Shown: positions 1-10,548, counted from the stretch's first letter. The stretch is DNA of 64,000 nt from Hyalangium minutum (GCF_000737315.1 NZ_JMCB01000024.1:1-64000), one strand, 5' to 3'. Numbers and translations: made by a program. The notes: generated by a model not told the origin, from the sequence alone.

Positions 1-1
1 G

Positions 2-853
2 TCCCCGTCCCCGTCCCCTCCTCCGAGCGGAAACGGTCCCGCTGCGTCCGTGTCCCCTGCCTCTCCTCCTCCTCCTCCGCGTCCGTGGGAGGCGCCTCGA
101 AACATGGCCCCCACGCCTGTGGCGGCGCGTCCCTCGGAGGCCCCTCGTCCTCAAGCTCCCAGCGTGCCCGCGGGAGCGACTCCGCTCTCGCGCATCACCG
201 AGCCGGCTCCCGAGGTGCGCGTCACCAACATCCGCAAGCCCGTCCAGGAGGAGCCTGTCGACGAGGAGCGCCTCTTCGCCGAGGAGGGCTCCGCCGAAGG
301 ATGTGCCTCGGGTGAGTGTCTGCCAGACGCTCCTGTGGTCCCGGCTCCCGCCCCCGCCGCACCGCCTCCGGCCAGCACCGGCCGGGACAACCCGGCCCTC
401 TCGACGGCCGAGCGATGGCGCGCCGCGGTAGACAGCGTGAAGGCCGCCAGCGTCCGCCACGGCGCCGCGCTCTCCCACGGCCGGCTGCTGTGGCTGCGCC
501 CGGGTGAGGTGGGCGTGGCGTACATCGCCGCGCACGCGTTCCACCGGGGTCAGGTCATGGGCGGCACCGGCCGGGCGATGGTGGAGAAGGCGCTCTCGGA
601 GCACTTCGGCCGGCCCACGAAGCTGATGCTGGAGGAGGCTGTCGGTGAAGCCACCACCACTCTCAGTATCGCCGAGCAGGAATCCCAGGCCCGCACCGCC
701 CACCAACAGAGCACCGAGGGCAAGGTCCGCTCACACCCCGCCATCCGAGCCGTCCTGAAGATGCTGGGGGGAGAGATCGAGCACATCCAAGTGCTGGAAC
801 CTGAACGTCCAGCAAGCGGCCCAACCGTCGAAACTCCTGAGGACAGCGCCTGA
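2..853 (+). CDS. dnaX: DNA polymerase III gamma/tau subunit, C-terminal part (5' end outside window)
   Basis: Open frame from the window start with a Pro/Ala-rich linker, then a C-terminal domain (W..AVD.VK...HG..L...). Sits directly upstream of ybaB-recR, the canonical dnaX-ybaB-recR order. Confidence 0.8.
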   Translation, partial: SPSPSPPPSGNGPAASVSPASPPPPPRPWEAPRNMAPTPVAARPSEAPRPQAPSVPAGATPLSRITEPAPEVRVTNIRKPVQEEPVDEERLFAEEGSAEGCASGECLPDAPVVPAPAPAAPPPASTGRDNPALSTAERWRAAVDSVKAASVRHGAALSHGRLLWLRPGEVGVAYIAAHAFHRGQVMGGTGRAMVEKALSEHFGRPTKLMLEEAVGEATTTLSIAEQESQARTAHQQSTEGKVRSHPAIRAVLKMLGGEIEHIQVLEPERPASGPTVETPEDSA

Positions 854-944
854 CAAAGCGCCCGCACGACGGTAGGTTGCGCCCCGCATTGTTCATCTCG
901 GGTGCCTGGCAGGCGCCCGCCTTCCAGATCGAAGAGGAAGCCTC

Positions 945-1262
945 ATGCCCGGCATCGACCTGAACTACTTCATCCGACAGGCCAACAAGCTCACCGAGAA
1001 GATCGAGCAGCGCAAGCAGGAGCTGGCCAACGACACCGTCGAGGGCAAGGCCGGTGATGGCCGCGTGACGGTGATCGCCAACGGCATCCAAGAGATCCGC
1101 AGCATCAAGATCGACAAGGCCACCATCGATCCGAACGACACCAGCATGCTCGAGGATCTCATCACCGCCGCGGTGAACGCTGCCCTGGCGAACAGCCGTC
1201 AGCACATGCAGAAGGAGCTCGCGAAAATCTCCGGCGGCATCAAGATCCCAGGCATTACCTAA
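945..1262 (+). CDS. ybaB: YbaB/EbfC nucleoid-associated protein
   Basis: 105 aa with VEGKAGDG.VTV.ANG...I.SIKID and LEDLITAAVNAAL motifs; GAGGA RBS; lies between dnaX and recR. Confidence 0.93.
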   Translation: MPGIDLNYFIRQANKLTEKIEQRKQELANDTVEGKAGDGRVTVIANGIQEIRSIKIDKATIDPNDTSMLEDLITAAVNAALANSRQHMQKELAKISGGIKIPGIT

Positions 1263-1268
1263 AGCCGG

Positions 1269-1862
1269 ATGACTCCCGATCCTCTCAACAGGCTCGTCGC
1301 CCAGCTGGCCAAGCTGCCGGGCATTGGCGAGAAGACCGCGCAGCGCCTCGCGTTCCACATCCTGCGGGCTCCTGGCGACTACGCCGCGGAGCTGTCCCAG
1401 GCCATCCGCGAGGTGAAGGAGAAGGTGCACCTGTGCGCCCGGTGCTACTCGCTCACGGACTCGGAGCTGTGCGGCTTCTGCCGCGACATGCGCCGTGACG
1501 AGAAGGTGCTCTGCGTGGTGGAGACCTTCGCGGACCTGATGGCACTGGAGCGCACGCGCGAGTTCCGCGGCCGCTACCACGTGCTGCACGGCGTGCTGTC
1601 TCCCCTGGAGGGGATTGGCCCCGACCAGCTTCGCATCAAGGAGCTGCTGGAGCGCCTCAATGACGGCAAGGTGGAGGAGCTCATCCTCGCCACCAACCCG
1701 GACGTGGAAGGGGAGGCCACCGCGCTCTACCTCACCCGGCTCCTCAAGCCGATGGGCCTGCGCGTGAGCCGAATCGCCCAGGGCCTGCCCATGGGCGGGG
1801 ACCTCGAGTACGCCGACCAGGCGACGCTCGCGAAGGCGCTCAGCGCCCGCCGCGAGCTGTGA
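1269..1862 (+). CDS. recR: Recombination mediator RecR
   Basis: LPGIGEKTAQRLAF HhH, CxxC...CxxC zinc finger, Toprim YHVLHG and ATNPDVEGEATA, SRIAQGLPMGGDLEYAD. Confidence 0.98.
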   Translation: MTPDPLNRLVAQLAKLPGIGEKTAQRLAFHILRAPGDYAAELSQAIREVKEKVHLCARCYSLTDSELCGFCRDMRRDEKVLCVVETFADLMALERTREFRGRYHVLHGVLSPLEGIGPDQLRIKELLERLNDGKVEELILATNPDVEGEATALYLTRLLKPMGLRVSRIAQGLPMGGDLEYADQATLAKALSARREL

Positions 1863-1868
1863 GTCCCG

Positions 1869-3677
1869 CTACCGCGTGACGGTGTAGTCGAACGGCAGCA
1901 CCACGTTGACCTCCCGGTCTCGGTGAGCCGGGAAGCGCAGGCGCTCGGCCTGGGTCTCCAGGCACTGGCCCACCGGCTTGGAGGCCAGCGGCCCCTGCGT
2001 CGTGGCCTTCACACGCCCCGAGGAGGCAATGGCCAGCTGCACGCGCACCACACCCGAGTTCGAGGGCAGGTCCTGCTTGTACTTCTCGAAGCAGGTGACG
2101 ATACGAGACCGGCCGCGCGCCACCACGCGCTCCACATCTTGAATCCCCAGGGTGACCGGACGCGGCTTCCCCGTCTTGGTCACCGGATCCTTCTGCGTTG
2201 TGCCGGGCTTGTCCTCGGTCTCCTCTGGAGGTTTCACGTTCTCCGAAGAAGGAGTCTCGGGCTCGGGCGTCGCCGGCTCGGGCGGGGTGGTAGGGGCCGG
2301 AGCCACCGCCGCAACCACCGCAGGCGCAGGGGGCGTTGGCGTCGGCTCTCCAGCGGGCGGCGTCACGGGAGGCGCGGGCATGGCCACGGCCTCGGGAGGT
2401 GTGGACTTCGAGAGTCCCTTCCAGGCCGCGAAGCCGCCTCCGCCCAAGAGCAGCAACGCCCCGGCCACCACACCGATCAGCAGCCCCGTGCGGCGGGGCT
2501 TGCCCTCAGCCGTCTGCGCTGCTCCTGCCGGCGGAGGGACAATACCGGTGGCACTGTGGCGCAGGGGAGGCTGGGACGCGGGCGCCGCGACCGAGGGAAA
2601 GACGCCGCTGGAGGCAAACACCACGGGCTTCGGCGGCTGCGACACCGTCTGGGCGGCCGTGGCCGTCAGGGAGGCCAGCGTGGGGATGCGCGTCTTCGCC
2701 GCGAAGCGCTCCTCGCCGAACTGCATGCGCAGGTACTCGGCCAGCTCCTTGTGGGTGGCCAGCGGAACCTTGCCCTTCACACTGTGCTCAATGGCGTCCG
2801 CGAAGTCCGCCGCCGTGGCGTAGCGGTCCTCGGCTTTGATGGCCATGGCCTTGAGCACCACCGCCTCCAGCTCCGGAGGGATGTCCTTGCGCAGCTGGGC
2901 GGGCGGCATGAAGTCGCCCTGCAGCAGCGCATTCAAGATGGCCAGGTCGTTCTCCCGGGCGAAGGGCCGCACGTTGGTGAGCGACTCGTAGAGGCTCACC
3001 CCGAGCGAGAACACGTCCGCGCGCCGGTCCACCTCTTTGCCCTGGGCCTGCTCGGGCGCCATATAGATGTACTTGCCCTTCACCACGCCGGTGCGCGTCT
3101 GCACCACGCGGGAGGCGGCCTTGGCGATGCCAAAGTCCAGCACCTTCACCTGGCCCTGGTACGTCACGTACAGGTTCGACGGTGAGATGTCCCGGTGGAC
3201 GATGTGGAGGGGCTGGCCCTCCTCGTTGGTGAAGTCATGGGCGTAGTGCAGGCCGCGCGCCGCATCCACCAGCACCCGCAGGGTGATGGGCATGGGCGTG
3301 TACTGCCGCTTCTTGCCCGCGTGGCGCAGCGTGGTGGAGAAGTCCTCGCCGGCCAGGAACTCCATGCAGATGTAGTAGCAGCCGTCGATGAACCCCAGCT
3401 CGTGGATCTGAATGATGTTGGGGTGAGACAGCCGCGCCGCCAGCCGCGCCTCGTCCCGGAACATCTCCACGAAGTCCGGGATGCTGGAGAGGTTGGACAG
3501 CATGCGCTTGATGACGACGTTGCGCTCGAAGCCGTCGGCGCCCAGCAGCTTGGCGAGGAAGATCTCCGCCATGCCGCCCTCGGCGAGCTTGCGCACCAGC
3601 ACGTACTGCCCATAGGGGTGTAGCAGCGGCGGACTCGCGGCGCCTTGGCTCCCGGGCTCGGGCTGCGTGCTGCTCAT
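1869..3677 (-). CDS. masK: Membrane Ser/Thr protein kinase with C-terminal AgmX/PglI (TonB-C-like) domain; MasK-like
   Basis: LAEGGMAEIF, VVIKR, HRDISPSN, DFGIAK, YMAPE; TM helix LLIGVVAGALLLLGGGGFAAW; Pro-rich linker; C-terminal ..CFEKY..L...G.V.V.L.I..SGRV...C. The symbol rests on recalled M. xanthus synteny upstream of mglBA. Confidence 0.75.
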   Translation of the reverse strand: MSSTQPEPGSQGAASPPLLHPYGQYVLVRKLAEGGMAEIFLAKLLGADGFERNVVIKRMLSNLSSIPDFVEMFRDEARLAARLSHPNIIQIHELGFIDGCYYICMEFLAGEDFSTTLRHAGKKRQYTPMPITLRVLVDAARGLHYAHDFTNEEGQPLHIVHRDISPSNLYVTYQGQVKVLDFGIAKAASRVVQTRTGVVKGKYIYMAPEQAQGKEVDRRADVFSLGVSLYESLTNVRPFARENDLAILNALLQGDFMPPAQLRKDIPPELEAVVLKAMAIKAEDRYATAADFADAIEHSVKGKVPLATHKELAEYLRMQFGEERFAAKTRIPTLASLTATAAQTVSQPPKPVVFASSGVFPSVAAPASQPPLRHSATGIVPPPAGAAQTAEGKPRRTGLLIGVVAGALLLLGGGGFAAWKGLSKSTPPEAVAMPAPPVTPPAGEPTPTPPAPAVVAAVAPAPTTPPEPATPEPETPSSENVKPPEETEDKPGTTQKDPVTKTGKPRPVTLGIQDVERVVARGRSRIVTCFEKYKQDLPSNSGVVRVQLAIASSGRVKATTQGPLASKPVGQCLETQAERLRFPAHRDREVNVVLPFDYTVTR

Positions 3678-5671
3678 TCCTCGGAACCTCGCTTCAGGGT
3701 GCGCACCACGTACACATCCGGTGCGCCGGCATGCTGCATCTTAAACAGCAGAACGGGGGGAACGCCCACTGGCTCCACCCACGTATCGAAGCGGTGCTTG
3801 GCATCCAAGCTCACCGAGCGCTCGTTGATGGACAGCTTGGTCCCCACCGGAGCCACCCCCACGGCGCGTACGCGCTTCCCCACCCGCTGGCCGTTCTTGG
3901 GCGACTGGACGACGAGGACAGGCACGGAGTTGTCGTACACCAACTCCAGTTTGTTCATGCGCCCGCCCCGGAGCGGCTGTCCGGTGCGGGACAGGGGTGT
4001 GACGGACCAGAGGTAGTTGCCCTCCCGCAGCACACCGGCCTCTAGGGGGGCGCGGGTCTCCGCCACGGTGCGCTCCGCCACGGGCTTGCTCAGCTCGCCG
4101 TTGCGGTAGACCGCGATGCGGTACTGGGCCGCCTGGGGCTCGGCCGAGTACTTGAAGACCACCGCCGGAGGCTTGTCCTGGTAGAAGATCGTCGTCTTCT
4201 GCGGGCCCTCGGGAACCTCGTTGGTGACGCGCGCCAGGTCCTTCGAGGCCTGCTCCGGCGCGAAGGTGGCACTGCCCTTCGTGAGCTCGGTGCCATCCGG
4301 CCGCCGAACCCGCCAGTACAGCCTGCCGCGCTCTGGAGCAGGCACGGTGGCATAGGGCTGATGGACCACGCCGCGCACCACCGTCCGCGTGAAAGCCGGA
4401 TCCGAGGCCACCTCCAGCAGCACGTCTCCCTCTCCTGCCCAGGAGAGCTTCACCTCGGGCAGTCCCCGGTGGAACACCTGCATGTTCTCCACGGCCGGCA
4501 GCGCCACTGGGGCTTGCGCCAGCGGAGACACCTTCGGCTCGGCCTGGCCCGACACGGAGGCCTGCTCACCCGCGCGCAGCGGCTTGCGGGTGTCGCCGCG
4601 CACCAGCGTCACATCTCCGGCCCGCGCGGACACATCGAAGCCGTCCGCGGTGCGCCGTACCTTGAGGTCCGCCGCCCCCGCGCTCTCCAGCGTGAGCCCG
4701 GGCATCACCACCCGGCTGTCCCTCTCGGGCGCGAGCTTCAGCGTCAGCGAGCCCTGGCGCAGATCCAGCCGCGCCTCGTCCTGGGAGCCCTGCTTGCCAG
4801 CGCCCTCCAGCACCACCTCGCTCCCCGAGGCGAGCGCAATCGTCGAGGCCGAGCCCTCCAGCGCCAGGTACGCCGTGCCGCCCCGTGCGCGCACACCGTC
4901 TCCCGGCGAGAGCTTCTGGCCACCCTTGTTCGCCGTGCGCCACTGGGAGCTGCCCTTGCTGCGCACCTCCACCTTCCCCGAGTCCGCCCTCACCGTGACT
5001 TGAATGGTGGCCAGCTCCAGCACGCGCTGGGGCCCCGTCACCAGCTCGGCGCGGCCCGCGGAGACGTCCACGGACTGGCCCGCGGAGGCCTCCAGCTCCT
5101 GGCCATCCTTGGAGACGAACTGGATGGCGCCCATCCTCACCTCGACCCGGCTGTCCTCCGGGCCGACGCTCACGCTCACCTCGCTGGGCTGCGCGCTGCT
5201 CACGCGCGTGAGGCCGTATGGGGTGAGGATGCGCAGCTCAACGGAGGGGCCCGTGCGCACCTTGGGGGCGGCGGGGACGCGGCTCAGCACGATGCCTCGG
5301 GCCACCTTCAGGACGATGCCGCCCGTGTCCTCATCCAGCACGAAGCGCGCATTGGGGCCCACCTCCACTGTGCGCCCGTCAGCGAAGCGGACCGTCGCGG
5401 ACCCATCCGGCCCCGTCTCCAGGGCATCCCCCTTCATCAAAGGGCCCTCGGCCGCGGGAGTCAGACCTCCGTCCCGCTCCAGCTGGACCGCCCCCCTGAG
5501 CGCTTCCAGGCGCGCCAGTGCACTCACTCCTGCGTCCTGCGAAGCCGTCACAGGAGGCGGAGCACCGGGCTCGGAAGGAGGTGGAGGCTTCGACGGGGCC
5601 GACTCGTCCCCGCAGGCGGACACGAGCCCCCCGAGCAGCACCGCGGCGAGAGCGAGACGCCGCGCGCTCAC
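3674..5671 (-). CDS. FecR-domain lipoprotein (MasB-like)
   Basis: Lipobox LVSAC; two FecR-like units (GDALETGPDGSATVRFADG..VEVGPN and GDGVRA...GSEVVL); C-terminal Ig/FN3-like region; 4-bp overlaps with both neighbours. Confidence 0.7.
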   Translation of the reverse strand: MSARRLALAAVLLGGLVSACGDESAPSKPPPPSEPGAPPPVTASQDAGVSALARLEALRGAVQLERDGGLTPAAEGPLMKGDALETGPDGSATVRFADGRTVEVGPNARFVLDEDTGGIVLKVARGIVLSRVPAAPKVRTGPSVELRILTPYGLTRVSSAQPSEVSVSVGPEDSRVEVRMGAIQFVSKDGQELEASAGQSVDVSAGRAELVTGPQRVLELATIQVTVRADSGKVEVRSKGSSQWRTANKGGQKLSPGDGVRARGGTAYLALEGSASTIALASGSEVVLEGAGKQGSQDEARLDLRQGSLTLKLAPERDSRVVMPGLTLESAGAADLKVRRTADGFDVSARAGDVTLVRGDTRKPLRAGEQASVSGQAEPKVSPLAQAPVALPAVENMQVFHRGLPEVKLSWAGEGDVLLEVASDPAFTRTVVRGVVHQPYATVPAPERGRLYWRVRRPDGTELTKGSATFAPEQASKDLARVTNEVPEGPQKTTIFYQDKPPAVVFKYSAEPQAAQYRIAVYRNGELSKPVAERTVAETRAPLEAGVLREGNYLWSVTPLSRTGQPLRGGRMNKLELVYDNSVPVLVVQSPKNGQRVGKRVRAVGVAPVGTKLSINERSVSLDAKHRFDTWVEPVGVPPVLLFKMQHAGAPDVYVVRTLKRGSEE

Positions 5672-7284
5672 CGGCCCCTCGGGAAAAGATCGACGTTGAA
5701 GATGGCCTGCTCGCCATCCCGCACGGTGACGGACTTGACCTGTGTCAGGTGGCCCTTGGCGGAGATAGTGATGCGGTGGGTCCCGGGCTTGAGCTTCAGC
5801 GCGAACGCGCCTTGCGCATCCGTGCGCGTGCGCACCTTGGCGCTGGGAATCACGAGCGTGGCGACGAGCGGCCGGCCCTGCCGGGTGCTGCGGACCGTTC
5901 CGGAGATGGTGGCGTAGCCCAGGCGCTTGATGGGCGTGAGCGGCACGGACATCTCTGACTCCTTGCCACCAATGACGACCGCGGCCTCCTCCACCGGCTG
6001 GAACTCCGGCGCGGACACCCTCACCATCACGGGGCCTACCGCGAGGTTGCCCACGCTGACCAGGCCTGCCGCGTTCGTCCGCAGTTCCTTGCCGTTCACC
6101 ACGACCGGCGCATCCACCAAGGGCTTGTTGCTGCGATTGTCGACGACGGTGATCTTCAACCCGCCCAGCGTTGGCGCCTGCTTGTGCGCCTGGAGTTCCA
6201 ACGTGGCACGCTCGCCGGCCGCGACCGTGACCCGGCCCACCACGGGCTCGTAGCCCTCCGCAGAGACCTGGGCGACCACCTCGCCGGGCTCCAACTCCAG
6301 CTCCACCACCTGGCCCTTCGCATCAACGGCCCGAGGCGCCTGCGTCGTGCCCTTCACCACGAGCGCCACCTGGGCACCGGCCAGCGGGGCCTTCGTCTCC
6401 GCGTCCACTACCTGGAGGGCCAGCGAACCCATCTGCCCCAGGCGTTGCGCGGCCGCCACCGAGGCGTCGAGCCACGAGAACTCCAACGCCAGCCCTACCC
6501 GCTGCAGCGTCTGGCCGGAGCTCACCGCACTGTCGGCCTTCAGCGAGTCATGCACGAACTGGTAGTCGACCACGGCCGAGCCCATCCAGCGGCCCACCTG
6601 CCTCACCGGAATGCGCACCGCGGCACCCGCTCCAAAACCACTGGAAGAGGCCCCCTCCGCCGCAGGCAGCTGGGCCGCGAGGCTCAGAGGCAACTCCGCC
6701 CGCACCTCGCCCGTCACCCGCTGGAAGATCGGGAAGCGCAGCCGGCCGCCCAGCAGCGCCGCATGCCGGCCGCCCCGCTGGAACACGGGAGAGGCCGCCG
6801 ACGAGACCCCGAACGCAGGCAGCTGCGCGAAGCCGTACCCCACGCCCAGCTCGCCCACGATGGGCCCGAGCTGCCGGCGTGCCACCGCTCCCAAGGAGAG
6901 GCGCCACAGGCTGCCCCCAGTGACGCGATCCGCCTCGCGGTTCAGGGTAAAGCCCTCGCGCTGAAGGCGGAGCTGGGCGCCCAGCCACTCCGGGCCCAGG
7001 CCGTAGAACACCGCCCAGGCCTCGAGATCATTGGGCGTCAACCCCGAGTAGGTGAGCCCCGGCCCTGTATCCACCTGCTCGCCGCTGCGGATCGCGACGC
7101 CATAGCGCAGGCGCAGGAACACCGGCTCCAAGCCGGGACCTGACGGGGCGGCCGCCTCCTCTTGCGCCAGGACAATGCCCGGCACCACCGCCAGTGCGAG
7201 CGCGAGAATGACGAGGAAAGGAGGGGTGCGGCGCAGTCGGGCCAAGGCTCGGCGGAGTATAGGGAAAGCGCCCAAGGTCCCCAA
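5668..7284 (-). CDS. Secreted protein: putative outer-membrane beta-barrel plus carboxypeptidase-regulatory-like/PEGA repeats (MasA-like)
   Basis: Signal-like hydrophobic stretch ending LAQ; alternating amphipathic strands over roughly aa 50-270; three repeats of type L.V.D..T..PL.GA.V...G...A.GY/F. Start codon uncertain. Confidence 0.6.
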   Translation of the reverse strand: MGTLGAFPILRRALARLRRTPPFLVILALALAVVPGIVLAQEEAAAPSGPGLEPVFLRLRYGVAIRSGEQVDTGPGLTYSGLTPNDLEAWAVFYGLGPEWLGAQLRLQREGFTLNREADRVTGGSLWRLSLGAVARRQLGPIVGELGVGYGFAQLPAFGVSSAASPVFQRGGRHAALLGGRLRFPIFQRVTGEVRAELPLSLAAQLPAAEGASSSGFGAGAAVRIPVRQVGRWMGSAVVDYQFVHDSLKADSAVSSGQTLQRVGLALEFSWLDASVAAAQRLGQMGSLALQVVDAETKAPLAGAQVALVVKGTTQAPRAVDAKGQVVELELEPGEVVAQVSAEGYEPVVGRVTVAAGERATLELQAHKQAPTLGGLKITVVDNRSNKPLVDAPVVVNGKELRTNAAGLVSVGNLAVGPVMVRVSAPEFQPVEEAAVVIGGKESEMSVPLTPIKRLGYATISGTVRSTRQGRPLVATLVIPSAKVRTRTDAQGAFALKLKPGTHRITISAKGHLTQVKSVTVRDGEQAIFNVDLFPRGR

Positions 7285-7345
7285 AACTCTAGCGAAAGAA
7301 CCTCACGGGTTGTCAGGGGCGAGTGACCTCCCGTAAAGACGGCCC

Positions 7346-8335
7346 ATGCGCCTCCTCCTCTTGATCAGCTTGCTGGCCGCGACCGGAGACCCGCGCCTGG
7401 CGCAGGGCGAGAAGCTCCTGGCAGCCAAGGACTGTGAGGGCCTCCAGCAGCTCTTCGCTCCCGCTACGCCCGCGCGCACCGAGCGCAACCTGGAGGCAGC
7501 GCTCCTGCTCGCCCGAGGCGCGGCCACCTGCCGCCCCCAGGACAGCGTTCTCGCCTTCGCCCTCACCGAGAGGGCCCTGGCGCTTGCGCCGGACCACACG
7601 GAGATCCGTACCGCCCACGCCGAGAGCCTCATTGCCGTGGACGAGCGCTCCGCCGCCGCGAAGCTGCTCGACGAAGTTCTCCAAGGCCCCGCTCGCACCA
7701 CCGCCCGCGCCCACCTCGTGCGCGCCCAGCTCGCCGACCTGGAATCCGAGAGCGCCCTCGTGGTGAAGCTGGCCCAGCCGCTCGTGAAGGATCCTCAGTA
7801 CGGTCCGGCCGCCCGTGAGCTGCTCTCCCGCCACCAAGCCGCCCTCGAGAGCCACTCCCAGGCCCGCGAGTCCCTGGCCCGCGAAGAGCAGAGCGCCGCC
7901 GAGCGCACCGCCCGGGCCCGGGAGGCCGCCCGGGGCCCACCCGAGGACCTCGGCCGGACGGGCCCCCGCTCAGGAACCGAGGCCTGGAGCGCTCGAGGCA
8001 CCGTCCAGAGCGGAGGCCAGCGCACCTTCAAGACGCGCAGCCTCCAGGCCGGCTCCACCTACGTCTTCCACGCCACCGGCGCCTGTACCGGACCCTCCAA
8101 ACCCAAACGCAAGGGCGGACTTCCACCCACCGTGGATCTCTTCGGCCAAGACTTCCGCGTAAGGATCGGTACACTGGATCCACTTCCCCTCAAGGTAGGG
8201 CTCCAGCCCGAACAGAACGCCTTGATCTTCAGGGCCCCAGAGAACAACCCCCAGATCTTCCTAGAAGATCGAACGACGATCCGTCCCGGAGGTCCTCGTT
8301 GTACGATCAGCGATGTAGCAGTGCGGGTCCCCTGA
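7346..8335 (+). CDS. Hypothetical exported protein with TPR-like helices
   Basis: Signal peptide MRLLLLISLLAA; helical Ala/Leu/Glu-rich N-half with beta-rich C-half; typical high-GC codon usage. Confidence 0.65.
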   Translation: MRLLLLISLLAATGDPRLAQGEKLLAAKDCEGLQQLFAPATPARTERNLEAALLLARGAATCRPQDSVLAFALTERALALAPDHTEIRTAHAESLIAVDERSAAAKLLDEVLQGPARTTARAHLVRAQLADLESESALVVKLAQPLVKDPQYGPAARELLSRHQAALESHSQARESLAREEQSAAERTARAREAARGPPEDLGRTGPRSGTEAWSARGTVQSGGQRTFKTRSLQAGSTYVFHATGACTGPSKPKRKGGLPPTVDLFGQDFRVRIGTLDPLPLKVGLQPEQNALIFRAPENNPQIFLEDRTTIRPGGPRCTISDVAVRVP

Positions 8336-8515
8336 ATGAACCAGGGATCTCCGAGGAAGAGCGGTCTCGTAGCTTGCTGGACCCCATCGTGTCTGCTAAG
8401 CATCCGCGCTTGGGAGCGACGCATCTAACCTCCGGGATTCACTCCGGAAACCCTGGGGGCTGCCAAAGCGCAGCGAGAAGCGAACGCTGAGGAGCGTAGA
8501 GGAGCGGATACGCCC

Positions 8516-8995
8516 ATGGGCACGCAACTGGTGATGTACGAAGAGGAGTTCACCAAGATCAACGCCGTTTGCGACCGGCTGACCAAGGACGCGAACGCGA
8601 AGGTGGTGTTCCTCGTCGACAAGAACGGGCAGCTCATCTCCTCGGCGGGGCAGACCCAGAACATCGACACCACGTCTCTGGCCTCGCTGACGGCCGGCAA
8701 CGTGGCGGCGATGGGCGGGTTGGCCAAGCTGATTGGGGAGAACGAGTTTCCCAACCAATTCCACGAGGGGGCGAAGGACTCCCTCTACATGACCATCGTC
8801 GGCAGCCGGGTGGTGCTGGTGGTCATCTTCGACAACCGCACGAGCCTGGGCCTGGTGCGCCTGCGCATCAAAAAGGCCAGTGACGAGCTGACGAAGATCT
8901 TCGAGAGCCTGGTGAAGAAGACCGACACACCTGGGATCGGCTCGCCGTTCGCCGAAATCTCCGACGACGATATCGACAACCTCTTCAGCGAGTAA
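8516..8995 (+). CDS. mglB: MglB, roadblock/LC7 GAP of MglA
   Basis: [42 protein letters not shown]...[10 protein letters not shown] matches the myxobacterial MglB sequence as recalled. Confidence 0.98.
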   Translation: MGTQLVMYEEEFTKINAVCDRLTKDANAKVVFLVDKNGQLISSAGQTQNIDTTSLASLTAGNVAAMGGLAKLIGENEFPNQFHEGAKDSLYMTIVGSRVVLVVIFDNRTSLGLVRLRIKKASDELTKIFESLVKKTDTPGIGSPFAEISDDDIDNLFSE

Positions 8996-9006
8996 CCCGG
9001 GAAGCC

Positions 9007-9594
9007 ATGTCCTTCATCAACTACTCCTCCCGCGAGATCAACTGCAAGATCGTCTATTACGGGCCGGGTCTCTGCGGGAAGACGACGAACCTTCAGTACA
9101 TCTACAACAAGACCGCCGCGGACACGAAGGGCAAGCTCATCTCGCTGTCCACCGAGACGGACCGCACGCTCTTCTTCGACTTCCTCCCGCTGTCGCTCGG
9201 AGAGATCCGCGGCTTCAAGACGCGCTTCCACCTCTATACGGTGCCCGGCCAGGTGTTCTACGACGCCAGCCGCAAGCTCATCCTCAAGGGCGTGGACGGC
9301 GTGGTCTTCGTGGCCGACAGCCAGATCGAGCGCATGGAAGCGAACATGGAGTCGCTCGAGAACCTGCGCATCAACCTGGCCGAGCAGGGCTACGACTTGA
9401 ACAAGATCCCGTACGTGATGCAGTACAACAAGCGGGACTTGCCCAACGCGGTGACGGTGGAGGAGATCCGCAAGGCGCTCAACCCCCGCAACATCCCCGA
9501 GTACCAGGCGGTGGCTCCCACCGGCGTGGGCGTGTTCGACACCCTCAAGGCCGTGGCCAAGCTGGTGCTCACCGAGCTGAGGAAGGGCGGCTAG
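9007..9594 (+). CDS. mglA: MglA, Ras-like motility GTPase
   Basis: [44 protein letters not shown]; follows mglB. Confidence 0.99.
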   Translation: MSFINYSSREINCKIVYYGPGLCGKTTNLQYIYNKTAADTKGKLISLSTETDRTLFFDFLPLSLGEIRGFKTRFHLYTVPGQVFYDASRKLILKGVDGVVFVADSQIERMEANMESLENLRINLAEQGYDLNKIPYVMQYNKRDLPNAVTVEEIRKALNPRNIPEYQAVAPTGVGVFDTLKAVAKLVLTELRKGG

Positions 9595-9688
9595 CCAGCG
9601 GGCAAGCAGCCAGCCCTCCCCCCCTGCTCGGTCAGGGGCGAAGGATGGTATGAACTGTCCAGGTCGGGCTGGCTACTCGAGGTCGCTC

Positions 9689-10537
9689 GTGCGTTCCGCT
9701 TCCTCCATTCTTCGTCTCCTCATGGTGCTGGGCGCGGGGATCTGCGCTCCCGCGCTCGCGCAGGAGACACCCGCGACCCCAGCCGCTGCTCCTGCTCCGG
9801 CCCCCGAGGCTTCGGCCCCCGCGACTGCCGCTCCCGCCGCCGCGCCCGAGGCTGCACCTGCGGCGGCTCCCGCGGCGCCCGCTCCGACTCCGGCAGCGCC
9901 TCCGTCCACTGCCATCTCCCCTACTCCTCCCGGCCCAGCGCCACAGACGGCGGACGAGGCCTTCAATACCCGCGTGAAGACGCTGGAGGAGGAGGTCGTC
10001 GACCTGAAGGAGAAGATCTACCGCTCCAAGGCGCGGCTGTTGCTGCTGCAGGAGACGGTGCTCGGGGGTGACTTGTCCACCGGCGCCCGCGCGGTGCTCT
10101 TCCACAAGAACGAGATGGGCAACTCGTTCGTGCTGGAGTCCGTGGCGTACGCGCTGGACGGCGCGCCCATCTTCACCAAGGTGAACCAGGACGGGGACCT
10201 GGACAAGGCCGAGGAGTTCGAGATCTTCAACGGCCGCATCGTCCCCGGCCAGCACCAGATCGCCGTGCGCTTCGTGTACCGGGGCAACGGCTACGGCGTG
10301 TTCAGCTACCTGGAGGGCTACAAGTTCCGGGTGCAGTCCAGCTACACCTTCAACGCCGAGGCCACCAAGGTCACCACCGTGCGCGTGGTGGGCTTCGAGA
10401 AGGGTGGCATCACCACGGATCTGAAGGATCGCCCCTCGGTGCGCTACGACATCGAGGTGTCGCGTGACTCGGGTCCAGCCAAGGGCGACACCAAGAAGGT
10501 GCCCGCGGCTGCTTCCTCCTCTGAGACGAAGAAGTAG
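9689..10537 (+). CDS. Conserved exported protein (signal peptide, Pro/Ala linker, coiled coil, beta-sandwich)
   Basis: GTG start with GAGG RBS preferred over ORF-track 9650; signal ending ALAQ; coiled coil VKTLEEEVVDLKEKI; first gene of the Glt-like cluster. Confidence 0.7.
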   Translation: MRSASSILRLLMVLGAGICAPALAQETPATPAAAPAPAPEASAPATAAPAAAPEAAPAAAPAAPAPTPAAPPSTAISPTPPGPAPQTADEAFNTRVKTLEEEVVDLKEKIYRSKARLLLLQETVLGGDLSTGARAVLFHKNEMGNSFVLESVAYALDGAPIFTKVNQDGDLDKAEEFEIFNGRIVPGQHQIAVRFVYRGNGYGVFSYLEGYKFRVQSSYTFNAEATKVTTVRVVGFEKGGITTDLKDRPSVRYDIEVSRDSGPAKGDTKKVPAAASSSETKK

Positions 10538-10548
10538 AGGGGCTGCCG

